Part shown: piece after piece, positions 9,175 to 17,355 of the stretch
Numbering within the stretch: the stretch's first letter is position 1
Layout of the letters: every line of letters begins with the position of its first letter
Assembly: GCF_023169545.1 (NCBI RefSeq)
Contig: NZ_AP019769.1
Coordinates: 636,962-668,961 of the forward strand
Origin: Nanobdella aerobiophila
GTDB lineage: Archaea > Nanobdellota > Nanobdellia > Nanobdellales > Nanobdellaceae
Direction: 5' to 3'
Length of the DNA: 32,000 nucleotides
Position numbers and translations under genes: made by a program
The notes under the pieces: model-generated
What the model was told of the DNA's origin: nothing
The model's database searches: none
The model's input: only the letters and a program-made list of their open reading frames with translations

Positions 9175-9249
9175 TGCCCCCACCGGGATTTGAACCCGGG
9201 TCACAGGGGTGAGGACCCTGTATCCTTGACCGGACTAGAAGATAGGGGC
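9175..9249 (-). tRNA. tRNA-Glu (anticodon CUC) with an atypical anticodon arm
   Basis: The reverse complement GCCCCTA TC TTCT AGTCCGGTCA AGGA T ACAGGG TCCTCAC CCCTGT GAC CCGGG TTCAAAT CCCGG TGGGGGC A folds as a cloverleaf (75 nt, no encoded CCA). The best pairing gives a 6-bp anticodon stem, loop UCCUCAC (C at position 33) and a 3-nt variable region, so the isotype call is less certain than the tRNA call. Confidence 0.7.
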
Positions 9250-9281
9250 GATTTATTTTTTATTTATAATATATTTAAAAA

Positions 9282-9560
9282 TTATGGATTCTTAAATATA
9301 TACTCTGTTCCATTTTCCATAATAACTATATTAGTCCCATTATAATAACATATTATATTTTCCTCTAAACAGATGTTATAATATGTATTATTTATTATAA
9401 ATGATTCATTTGGATACAATAATAGCTTTACATAAAAATCCTGGCCAATATAATAACCAAAATTGTTTTTATAATAATAATTATTATCAAATTTTGACAA
9501 AAACACTAGAGTAATAAATAATATTAATACTAGATATAATAATATAAATTGAGATTTCAT
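9282..9560 (-). CDS. Small N-terminally anchored, Asn/Tyr-rich, sequon-rich secreted protein (third gene of a three-gene operon)
   Basis: MKSQFILLYLVLILFITLVFL is a hydrophobic anchor or signal. NxS/T sequons include NES, NNT, NGT and NGT. The ATG at 9560 overlaps the upstream stop as ATGA; the track's TTG at 9566 is less likely. Confidence 0.55.
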   Translation of the reverse strand: MKSQFILLYLVLILFITLVFLSKFDNNYYYKNNFGYYIGQDFYVKLLLYPNESFIINNTYYNICLEENIICYYNGTNIVIMENGTEYIFKNP

Positions 9561-9901
9561 TTCCAATAAATATTTACATAATATATTGTGCCATTTAATA
9601 TGAAAAAATCCTCTATGCCTTGATCAGTCTGATTAAGTGGAATATTATAAAAATATGTTATATTATCTATTTCCACATAATAATACGGTAATATACTGCT
9701 AACAATTTGATACAAAGAAGAATTCAACTGAATTGTATTATTCAAATCTTGATAATTTATAGAAATTAATGAAGAATATAGATCATCTTTAATATAACCC
9801 CTTGTATAATATACACTATAAAAGTTTGAGGTTAATAAGAAGTACATAATAATTATTAAAATTACCAATTCTATAAATATTGTAATATTAAATGACCTCA
9901 T
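9557..9901 (-). CDS. Small N-terminally anchored, sequon-rich secreted protein (second gene of operon)
   Basis: MRSFNITIFIELVILIIIMYFLL anchor; sequons NIT, NNT, NSS, NIT, NQT and NGT. ATGA overlaps with both neighbours. Confidence 0.55.
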   Translation of the reverse strand: MRSFNITIFIELVILIIIMYFLLTSNFYSVYYTRGYIKDDLYSSLISINYQDLNNTIQLNSSLYQIVSSILPYYYVEIDNITYFYNIPLNQTDQGIEDFFILNGTIYYVNIYWK

Positions 9902-10278
9902 GATACTAAAACCTCAACCAGGTATAACGAATGATCATAAAAACATACTCGCCTAAATTCTATATAATTATTAGTCACATTTTCCCCATAAAAAAATTTT
10001 TGACCATTACTTAGATTTTCATATATTATTTCATATGGTTGAGAACTCAAGTTATCTATATATAAAGAATTAAAATTGTTTAAAGTTAAATTACATGTAT
10101 TATCTGTTATATAATTAGTCAAATATTCCATTATATTCCTACCGGTCATAAATTGTATATAACTGTTTTGATAATTAAAATTTATTCTATATATAAATGT
10201 CAATTTATCCAGAATTAATAAACTAGCTAAAAATATAGTTAATGATACAATTAGCAATTCAAAAAATCGATCTAGCAT
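9898..10278 (-). CDS. Small N-terminally anchored, sequon-rich secreted protein (first gene of operon)
   Basis: MLDRFFELLIVSLTIFLASLLIL anchor (the FELLIV segment recalls pilin/pseudopilin N-termini); sequons NLT, NLS, NLS and NVT. Confidence 0.55.
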   Translation of the reverse strand: MLDRFFELLIVSLTIFLASLLILDKLTFIYRINFNYQNSYIQFMTGRNIMEYLTNYITDNTCNLTLNNFNSLYIDNLSSQPYEIIYENLSNGQKFFYGENVTNNYIEFRRVCFYDHSLYLVEVLVS

Positions 10279-10320
10279 ATAAATATATATCTTATAAATA
10301 TTTTTATATATAAGATCCTT
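10279..10320. promoter_or_regulatory. 42-bp divergent intergenic region with interleaved TATA-like boxes and an 8-bp inverted repeat
   Basis: ATCTTATA (10289-10296) and TATAAGAT (10309-10316) are perfect inverted repeats. TTATAAAT (about -26 from the rpl22p ATG) and TATATAAAAA on the minus strand (about -26 from the 10278 ATG) are placed as expected for leaderless archaeal mRNAs. Specificity is weak in DNA this AT-rich. Confidence 0.3.
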
Positions 10321-10896
10321 ATGAACTCAAAGATAGTATCATTATTAAAAGAGAATAAAAAGATAGTTACATTCAAAGCAACAAATGTTCCAATATCCAG
10401 AAAGGATTCTGAAGAAGTTGGGAGATTTATAAAATACCTCCCAATACCAAGAGCAAAGAAGTTATTAGAAGATGTACTAAGCTTTAGATTGGCCATACCT
10501 TATTATAGATATAATAAAAAACAGCCACATCATAAAAATGTATCAGGTAAGGTAAAATATGGTAGGTATCCTATAAAAACAATTAAATATTATTTGAAAT
10601 TTTTATCTTCACTAGAAAATAATGCCAAAGTATTAGGATTGGATCCAAGCAAGGTCATAATAGTATCCGTAGAGCCTTCCAAAGGTAATAAATATCCTGC
10701 CAGATTGAGAGTAACAAAATATAAAACAGGAGAGGGAGGAATAAAGAGAGTTCTTATATCAGTAAGAAAAAAAGTATCTCATATAAAGATATATGCTTTA
10801 TACATAGAGTCCATAGATACAACAAAAAAATTAAAGAAAAAGGCATTAAAAAATATTGTAAAAGAAATTATAAAAGAATGGCAGCAAAAAATATAG
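10321..10896 (+). CDS. rpl22p: 50S ribosomal protein L22 (uL22), with a ~35-aa Lys-rich C-terminal extension
   Basis: ATNVPISRKDSEEVGRFIKYLPIPRAKKLLEDVLSFRLAIPYYRYNKKQPHHK matches the archaeal uL22 N-terminal block. The L22-S3 adjacency is conserved. Confidence 0.85.
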   Translation: MNSKIVSLLKENKKIVTFKATNVPISRKDSEEVGRFIKYLPIPRAKKLLEDVLSFRLAIPYYRYNKKQPHHKNVSGKVKYGRYPIKTIKYYLKFLSSLENNAKVLGLDPSKVIIVSVEPSKGNKYPARLRVTKYKTGEGGIKRVLISVRKKVSHIKIYALYIESIDTTKKLKKKALKNIVKEIIKEWQQKI

Positions 10897-11561
10897 AAGG
10901 TGTAATAAAGGAAAAGAAAATAGAAGCTATATTGGATAGAGAAATAAAGAATGCATTAAGAGGCAAATTAATAAGTAGAGTTCATTATTTAAAAGTTTCA
11001 ATGGGAGATAAAGTCATAATATATTGTGCGAGACCTAGACTAATACTTGGAAGATCGAATGAGAACTTAGCGATGATTAGAGAAATAGCTAAAAAAATAA
11101 TAAATACAAATGACCCAATTATAGAAGTTTTACCAGTTGAGAACCCATTACTAGACTCCGAAATAGTAGCAGATCTAATAGCATCTCAAATAGAAAGATT
11201 TGGAAATAGAGCTGCTAGGAGGATAATACAGAAGATAATGGAAGAAGTCTTAAATGCTGGTGCACTAGGTATAGAAATAAGAATAACAGGAAAGGTAATA
11301 GGAGATAGATCTTCTACAATAAGAGAACAAAAAGGATATATTAAAAAATCAGGAGAATTGAATAAAATAACTGGTAAAAGTATAAGATATGCTAAACTAA
11401 CTTCCGGTACTATAGGAATACAGGTAAGGATATTAAGATCTGGAGAGTTATTACCTGATAGAATAAATATAAAGGATATATCGGAAATAAATCCCGAAGA
11501 ATTAGAAAAAATAGATCCTTCCTTACTAGAAAAATTAGCAAAGGATAATGGAGAACACTGA
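10878..11561 (+). CDS. rps3p: 30S ribosomal protein S3 (uS3)
   Basis: KH-domain region (VIIYCARPRLILGRSNENLAMIREIAKKI), NPLLDSEIVADLIASQIERFGNRAARR and GALGIEIRITGKVIGDRSS...GTIGIQVRI are collinear with archaeal uS3. It overlaps rpl22p by 19 nt. Confidence 0.9.
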   Translation: MAAKNIEGVIKEKKIEAILDREIKNALRGKLISRVHYLKVSMGDKVIIYCARPRLILGRSNENLAMIREIAKKIINTNDPIIEVLPVENPLLDSEIVADLIASQIERFGNRAARRIIQKIMEEVLNAGALGIEIRITGKVIGDRSSTIREQKGYIKKSGELNKITGKSIRYAKLTSGTIGIQVRILRSGELLPDRINIKDISEINPEELEKIDPSLLEKLAKDNGEH

Positions 11562-12468
11562 ATGTATAGCCTTTTATAAACTATTTTTGACGAAGAATAT
11601 AAATACAGATGGACGCCTCGTTTTAAACCTATCTCAGTATCTCTGTTATATATTTAATAATGATATATACAAAATAATGGATAAAATTGAAAAATTTGAT
11701 TTAGACGTCCTCATAGGTCACTTTAAAGATATTAGAGAGAATATCGAACAAATAAAGAGAATAATTAAAGATAAATATCCAGGTGAGGAGGCTGCAGAAG
11801 TATTAGAAACAAAATTAGAAGGATATGGATTAGAAGCTCTCAAAAGATCATTAAATTATGGGAAAAAGGTTTGTTTAACAGATATCCTAAATAAGCATTA
11901 TAATCTAAACCTATATGCACACTCTAATATTGAATTTATAATAGAAAAAGTCTTAGAGAGTGAAAAAACAAATATCTTTATAGAAACAAAAAGAGAAAAT
12001 GAAGAATACATAAGATATATAAAGGTAAACAAGGAACTTTTAGAAGTTTCGACACAAAAAAAATCTTTTAGTTATATAAATAAATATAAATTACCAAGAA
12101 AAGAATTTCTAGATAATGAAACTTCTTTTATTATATCTATATTTTTATACTATAAAGGCATAAAACCTCCCGAGTATATAAATGATATGGCAATAAAATA
12201 TATAAAAGAAAATAATATATCCAAAGCATTGATTTGCATTTATAATAATAAAGATTATAAATCTCTAAAAAATAAAAGAGTCTTAATAGAAGACATCAAT
12301 ACACATATTAAAGTAATAGATATAATAAGAACATATGAAAAGATTATCAATGGTATATATCGTTTTTTGGAGGATAATCTATCAACCATTAAAAAAATAT
12401 CAACAGAGGAAATAGAGGAAAAACAAAAAACAATAGAATATTATCTATATTCAATGCGAGAAGGTTAA
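11548..12468 (+). CDS. Hypothetical protein (306 aa), no family recognised
   Basis: A long ORF with coding-like Lys/Glu/Ile-rich composition. It overlaps the rps3p 3' end by 14 nt and shares a TTAA overlapping stop with convergent apgM. I could not identify any motif. Confidence 0.55.
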   Translation: MENTECIAFYKLFLTKNINTDGRLVLNLSQYLCYIFNNDIYKIMDKIEKFDLDVLIGHFKDIRENIEQIKRIIKDKYPGEEAAEVLETKLEGYGLEALKRSLNYGKKVCLTDILNKHYNLNLYAHSNIEFIIEKVLESEKTNIFIETKRENEEYIRYIKVNKELLEVSTQKKSFSYINKYKLPRKEFLDNETSFIISIFLYYKGIKPPEYINDMAIKYIKENNISKALICIYNNKDYKSLKNKRVLIEDINTHIKVIDIIRTYEKIINGIYRFLEDNLSTIKKISTEEIEEKQKTIEYYLYSMREG

Positions 12469-13700
12469 GATCCGTACATAATATATTTTCCTAATTTATC
12501 AAGATATATTTTTATTATATCTGTTCCTTTTAATCTTCCTAAAGTACCTTTTACACACTTTCTTTCAGAAAAATTCTTTACAAACCCATATCTATTATTT
12601 TCATAATTTAATATTACTGGAACAGGATCCGAAATATGTCTACCAAGTATTGATGATGTAGAGTGATCTCCCGTAATCAATATTAGATCAAAGTTATCAA
12701 CCAGCTTTGGTATTAATTCTCTATCTATTCTTTCTATAAACTTCTTTTTTTCCAGTGGTTTCTTATCATGAGATAAAGAATCTGTTCCTTTTATGTGTAT
12801 AAATACAATATCATATTTTTCCTTTAAACTGACTGCAGCTTCAGAAAAAGAGAATAAATTTTCATTTGATGTACCATTTGTACCTAGTGGTTTATATGTA
12901 TCCATCCCAACATATTTAGCCACACCCAGATACATTGGAGGATTTGCTAGGAATATAGATTTCACTCCATATCTATTATAAAATTTGTCTTCTTTATCTA
13001 GTTCTTTATATTTCGACGCAGATCTTATCAATAAATAATTTATAACTGGAATATTCTTTTCTTTTCTCATTTTATTTATATTGTTGTTATTGGCAAAACT
13101 ATTAAAATCCTGTATCAATTTATTTAATACTTCTGCAGTTTCTTTAGCTTTATCTTCTTTATATAATATTTTAGGTACCTTTACATTTTCTTCATGTAAA
13201 TCATTATCTGTAACTTTTTCAGATTCTAACCCCCTTATAACTAGTACTCCTCTATGTTCTACACCATGCTTTATTATAATATTTATCCCATATTCTTTCT
13301 CTATTTTTTCTTTTATAGATTCAAAATCTTTTAATAACTCTTCCAGTCCAAAATCATTTCTACCAATTCTTCTATCTATAATTACACCATTATCTACAGT
13401 TGAAAAATCTAATCTAAAAGCTATATCGCCTTCTTTTAACTCAATATCCGATCCTAAAGCTTCGAATATGCCTCTGCCTCTATAATATTTCTCTACTTCA
13501 TAACCAAATAATGATAGATGACCAGTATCACTACCTGGAACCAAACCTGGCCCAACTGTATCTAGAACACCTGCTTCAGAATATTTAATCAATTTATCAA
13601 TATTCTCTTTTTTTGCGGCTTCTAAAGGTGTTTTATTATTTAACTGCTTATTTACTTGATCACCCAATCCATCTAATATAATAAATACTCCATTTACCAT
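12465..13700 (-). CDS. apgM: 2,3-bisphosphoglycerate-independent phosphoglycerate mutase, archaeal type
   Basis: IILDGLGD, GSDTGHLSLFGY, FIHIKGTDSLSHD and ITGDHSTS are the metal/phosphoserine motifs of the alkaline-phosphatase-superfamily ApgM. The 411-aa length is typical. Confidence 0.85.
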   Translation of the reverse strand: MVNGVFIILDGLGDQVNKQLNNKTPLEAAKKENIDKLIKYSEAGVLDTVGPGLVPGSDTGHLSLFGYEVEKYYRGRGIFEALGSDIELKEGDIAFRLDFSTVDNGVIIDRRIGRNDFGLEELLKDFESIKEKIEKEYGINIIIKHGVEHRGVLVIRGLESEKVTDNDLHEENVKVPKILYKEDKAKETAEVLNKLIQDFNSFANNNNINKMRKEKNIPVINYLLIRSASKYKELDKEDKFYNRYGVKSIFLANPPMYLGVAKYVGMDTYKPLGTNGTSNENLFSFSEAAVSLKEKYDIVFIHIKGTDSLSHDKKPLEKKKFIERIDRELIPKLVDNFDLILITGDHSTSSILGRHISDPVPVILNYENNRYGFVKNFSERKCVKGTLGRLKGTDIIKIYLDKLGKYIMYGS

Positions 13701-13749
13701 ATCAAAATAAAAACCTTTATTATTTATAGATATAAATATTTATAAATAT

Positions 13750-13834
13750 GCGGCGATGCCCGAGTTGGACAAAGGGGATGGACTCAAGATCCATTGGAGT
13801 AGATCCGTCAGGGGTTCAAATCCCCTTCGCCGCA
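13750..13834 (+). tRNA. tRNA-Leu (anticodon CAA)
   Basis: GCGGCGA TG CCCG AGTTGGACAAA GGGG ATGGA CTCAAGA TCCAT TGGAGTAGATCCGTC AGGGG TTCAAAT CCCCT TCGCCGC A. It has a long variable arm, U33, anticodon CAA and discriminator A73; no CCA is encoded. Confidence 0.9.
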
Positions 13835-14387
13835 TTATTATATGGACTATCATTATAGATAAATATCTCCACTCTTAACTGAAATTTTCTGCTTCTTCTA
13901 GAAAATATATTATATACCAGATTTCATATCTCCATAGAGAATTCTCAATTTACTATCTAACTATATTTTCACATTTATCAGGTACTTGAAGTATTTTTGA
14001 GTCTCCCCCAATACCCTAGCTCTACTAGTCTTACAGAATATATAGTTCATAAATTTCCTTCACACAATGTCTTCCACATATTAGCTTGTCATATATTAAA
14101 TTATAGATAATTATGCAGATTTACTTCTATATAACTACTTGTGAATAACTTCATTTATATAGATCTATTTATAAACTATTCCAGTAAGATTTATATATTT
14201 TATTTATAAATTTTTCTAATAGAAAACTTTATATTTACCAAAAGCGTATCATAATATGTCCGATTATTTTTATAGAAAATTTTATATAAAAGATATATAA
14301 AGAAAGAATTAATCATAAAAAATAAATCTTATAAAGAGTATTACCTTTCAATCATTATACGTTAAATAATATTTATTAAACCGTATA

Positions 14388-14459
14388 TGGACCCGCCGGG
14401 ATTTGAACCCGGGATCCCCGGCTTGCAAGGCCGATATCCTACCGCTAGACTACGGGCCC
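14388..14459 (-). tRNA. tRNA-Ala (anticodon UGC)
   Basis: The reverse complement is GGGCCCG TA GTCT AGCGGTA GGAT A TCGGC CTTGCAA GCCGG GGATC CCGGG TTCAAAT CCCGG CGGGTCC A. The G3:U70 alanine identity pair is present. Confidence 0.9.
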
Positions 14460-14501
14460 ATTATAAAAATATAAATATTTAACTTTTAAACTTATAAAAA
14501 A

Positions 14502-17246
14502 TTATGCCAAGATACATTCGGACCAGCCGCAATCTAAACAGGTAATACATCCACCCTCATGCTTTAATCTTACACTTTTACAAACAGGGCAATTATCTGT
14601 AGATATATTATCATTAAAATTATTATTATTATTTAATTCCAACTTTCTAATTTCTAAATTTATTTTTATATCCCCAATATTCATCTCTGTATACCATTTT
14701 GGTAAATCTATCTTAAAGCTTTTTAATATACTTATAGTTTTATTCTCTATTTTTCCTTCCCTAATTAACCTAAAGTAATCCTTAAATCTCGATTTTGTTG
14801 CTTCCGCAGGTGCATAATATACTTGTACAGACTTTGAACCATCTCTATATATTGTAATTCCCTTACATCCCACTTTATATGCAAATAAATAAGCTAAATA
14901 TATATCTTCAGATGTTGCCCAGCTTGGCATATTTATTGTCTTAGATATTGATGTTGTTATCCATATCTGTGCTACTGCTTGCGCTCTAATATGGTCCCAC
15001 CATGGTAGATCTAATGCTGTAATAAATATCGCCTTTAAATCATCTGGTATTGAATCTATATTATATAAACTACCTCCATTATCAGATATTTGCTTCAAAA
15101 TTTCTTCTTTATATAAACCCTTCTCCTTTAACTGTCTTTCAAATTCTATATCCACATAGAAATAATTACCTGCAGTAACTCTTTTTTCATATACTAAAGA
15201 ATATGCAGGTTCTATACCAGAAGAAGTTTCTACTAGCATAGAAATAGAACCTGTTGGTGCTATCGAAGTAACTTCTACATTTCTTATACCATTTTCCAAT
15301 ATTTCATTCCTTATCTTTTCCCAATCTAGATTCCATAATTCTTTGTGGTAATATCCATCTACTGGCATCTCTCCATCTTTATAAGATGTTTCGTTATATT
15401 TTGGAAATACACCCCTTTCCTTTGCCCTATATATAGATTCTTCCATTGAATAGTATGTTAAATATTCTGTAATTTTCATTAAGAGTCTGTATCCTTCTTC
15501 TGATGAGTAAGGTATTTTTAGAGCAAATAATGCATCAGCTAAACCCATATAACCTAATCCAACTCTTCTTACTGCCTTAGAAGATTCTTCTATCTCTTTT
15601 AATGGATATTTATTCATATCTATTACATTATCCAAAAATCTGTACGACCATCTTATAGTTTCTATATACTTATCCCAATTGAATTCCGCTTTTCCATCTT
15701 TAAATTCTATCATTGCATATAAATTAATTGATCCTAAATTACAAGACTCATATGGATATAAAGGTTGTTCTCCACATGGATTGGTTGCTCTTATTGGACC
15801 TCTATATTTATATTGCATATTTCTTTTATTTATATTATCCATAAATAAACATCCAGGATCTGCTTTTTCCCATGCTACATAAGAAATCTCCGATAATAGT
15901 TGTTTTGGATCTATATAGTTTACTATTACTTCCTTATCAACTTTATCTATATCAAAGCCTTGTTCGTCTGGAAATTTTATATTGTGTTTCCTTAATAATC
16001 TTGGATTTAATAATGGATATGGTTTATTTTCTGCCAGATAATTCCAAAAATTCGAATCAAACATTACAGATATATTAAAATTTTCTAATACTCCTTCTTT
16101 CTCTTTAGCATGTACAAACTTCATAATATCTGGATGCCAAGATTCGATTATCCCCATATTTGCACCTCTCCTTTTGCCACCTTGCTTAACTACATCTGTA
16201 ACTGTATCAATTATTTTCATAAAAGATATTGGACCTGAAGCTATTCCACCTGTGGACCCTACAACATCACCTTCAGGTCTTAATTTAGAATAATTTATTC
16301 CTATACCCCCACCTGACTTAAATATCATTGCCGCATCTGTAGCAGACTTCATAATAGAAGCCATATCATCATCTATATCCAATACAAAACATGCTGATAA
16401 TTGCCCCAATCTTGCACCGGCATTAAATAGTGTAGGTGAATTTGGCATAAATTTCTTAGAAGCCATTAAATCAAAATATTTCAGATAGTTCTCATAGTAT
16501 TGATCAAAATCTCCATTATTTAACCTTTTTATAAATTCTGACCATGAAATCTTCATATGCCCCCTCTCATTTAAATAATCATAAAGATATTTCATTCTTT
16601 CAAGATGATATTTATTCCACTTTAATTTATAAGAATTTCCTTGTTTTTTTAGCCCAATCTCTCCTTCTTCTAGATTCAATTCTTCTTTTGGTTTTATATC
16701 TTGCTTTCCAGATTTGTCATATATCCTTTCATCATACAATATATCTGGTATTACTATCAATGCTGCGACCCTTTCAAACATTTGTTTAGGTCCTTCTAAT
16801 ATTTGTAATTTCTCGTCTTTTAATAGATATCTATTTACCATTAACCTTATTGAATTCAGAGAATATTTCTTCGCTACTTCCTCTTCATAAAAGCTTCCTA
16901 ATAAATTTATTTTTTCTTTTCTTATATTCTCTTTCTCTTTTCTATAAGTTATGTATGCTTTTGCCACTTCATATAAATCAAATTTAACCAGAGTTAATTC
17001 TACAATATCTTGTATTTCTTCAACAGAAGGGATAGAATTTCCATCATATTTATTTTCTATAATATTTAATATATAATCTAATATCTTGTCTAGAGTTTCT
17101 TTATCATATCTTTTTGTCGCTCTCATAGCTTTCTCAATAGCATTATATATTCTTTTTGGATCGAATTCATCTATTCTTCCATCCCTTTTTCTAATCTTTT
17201 TTACCGATATATTTGAAAAATTTTTTTGACTAAAATTGTTTTCCAT
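14502..17246 (-). CDS. nrdJ: Ribonucleoside-triphosphate/diphosphate reductase, class II (adenosylcobalamin-dependent), with an N-terminal ATP-cone and a C-terminal Cys4 zinc ribbon
   Basis: ATP-cone VKKIRKRDGRIDEFDPKRIYNAIEKAM; the active-site block TNPCGEQPLYPYESCNLGSINL; SACFVL; and the C-terminal CPVCKSVRLKHEGGCITCLDCGWSEC. The ORF is contiguous with no intein-like insertion. Confidence 0.9.
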   Translation of the reverse strand: MENNFSQKNFSNISVKKIRKRDGRIDEFDPKRIYNAIEKAMRATKRYDKETLDKILDYILNIIENKYDGNSIPSVEEIQDIVELTLVKFDLYEVAKAYITYRKEKENIRKEKINLLGSFYEEEVAKKYSLNSIRLMVNRYLLKDEKLQILEGPKQMFERVAALIVIPDILYDERIYDKSGKQDIKPKEELNLEEGEIGLKKQGNSYKLKWNKYHLERMKYLYDYLNERGHMKISWSEFIKRLNNGDFDQYYENYLKYFDLMASKKFMPNSPTLFNAGARLGQLSACFVLDIDDDMASIMKSATDAAMIFKSGGGIGINYSKLRPEGDVVGSTGGIASGPISFMKIIDTVTDVVKQGGKRRGANMGIIESWHPDIMKFVHAKEKEGVLENFNISVMFDSNFWNYLAENKPYPLLNPRLLRKHNIKFPDEQGFDIDKVDKEVIVNYIDPKQLLSEISYVAWEKADPGCLFMDNINKRNMQYKYRGPIRATNPCGEQPLYPYESCNLGSINLYAMIEFKDGKAEFNWDKYIETIRWSYRFLDNVIDMNKYPLKEIEESSKAVRRVGLGYMGLADALFALKIPYSSEEGYRLLMKITEYLTYYSMEESIYRAKERGVFPKYNETSYKDGEMPVDGYYHKELWNLDWEKIRNEILENGIRNVEVTSIAPTGSISMLVETSSGIEPAYSLVYEKRVTAGNYFYVDIEFERQLKEKGLYKEEILKQISDNGGSLYNIDSIPDDLKAIFITALDLPWWDHIRAQAVAQIWITTSISKTINMPSWATSEDIYLAYLFAYKVGCKGITIYRDGSKSVQVYYAPAEATKSRFKDYFRLIREGKIENKTISILKSFKIDLPKWYTEMNIGDIKINLEIRKLELNNNNNFNDNISTDNCPVCKSVRLKHEGGCITCLDCGWSECILA

Positions 17247-17355
17247 TCACAAGACTTTCAAAAAATCTTTATATAATTTTAATTTATAAGCTCCTATAAA
17301 TAATCAGAAACACGAATATAAAAGCTATTTTATGTTTATCTATTGATTAGTAACA

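Noticed and set aside
13835-14387. The long AT-rich spacer as a replication origin.
   Set aside because: There is no cdc6/orc1 gene nearby. I could find no repeated ORB-like dyad elements of the TCCA-N-TGGA type, only isolated tctccac/tctccat words.
14502-17246. A possible intein or split in the large ribonucleotide reductase gene.
   Set aside because: The ORF is contiguous at 914 aa with uninterrupted conserved blocks around the TNPCGEQ active site. No Hint/endonuclease-like insertion is visible.
17247-17355. Individual TATA/BRE promoter calls upstream of nrdJ and most other genes.
   Set aside because: TATA-like words such as TTTATATA occur almost everywhere in DNA this AT-rich. Without TSS data, such calls cannot be told apart from background. 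I list only the palindromic divergent region at 10279-10320, at low confidence.
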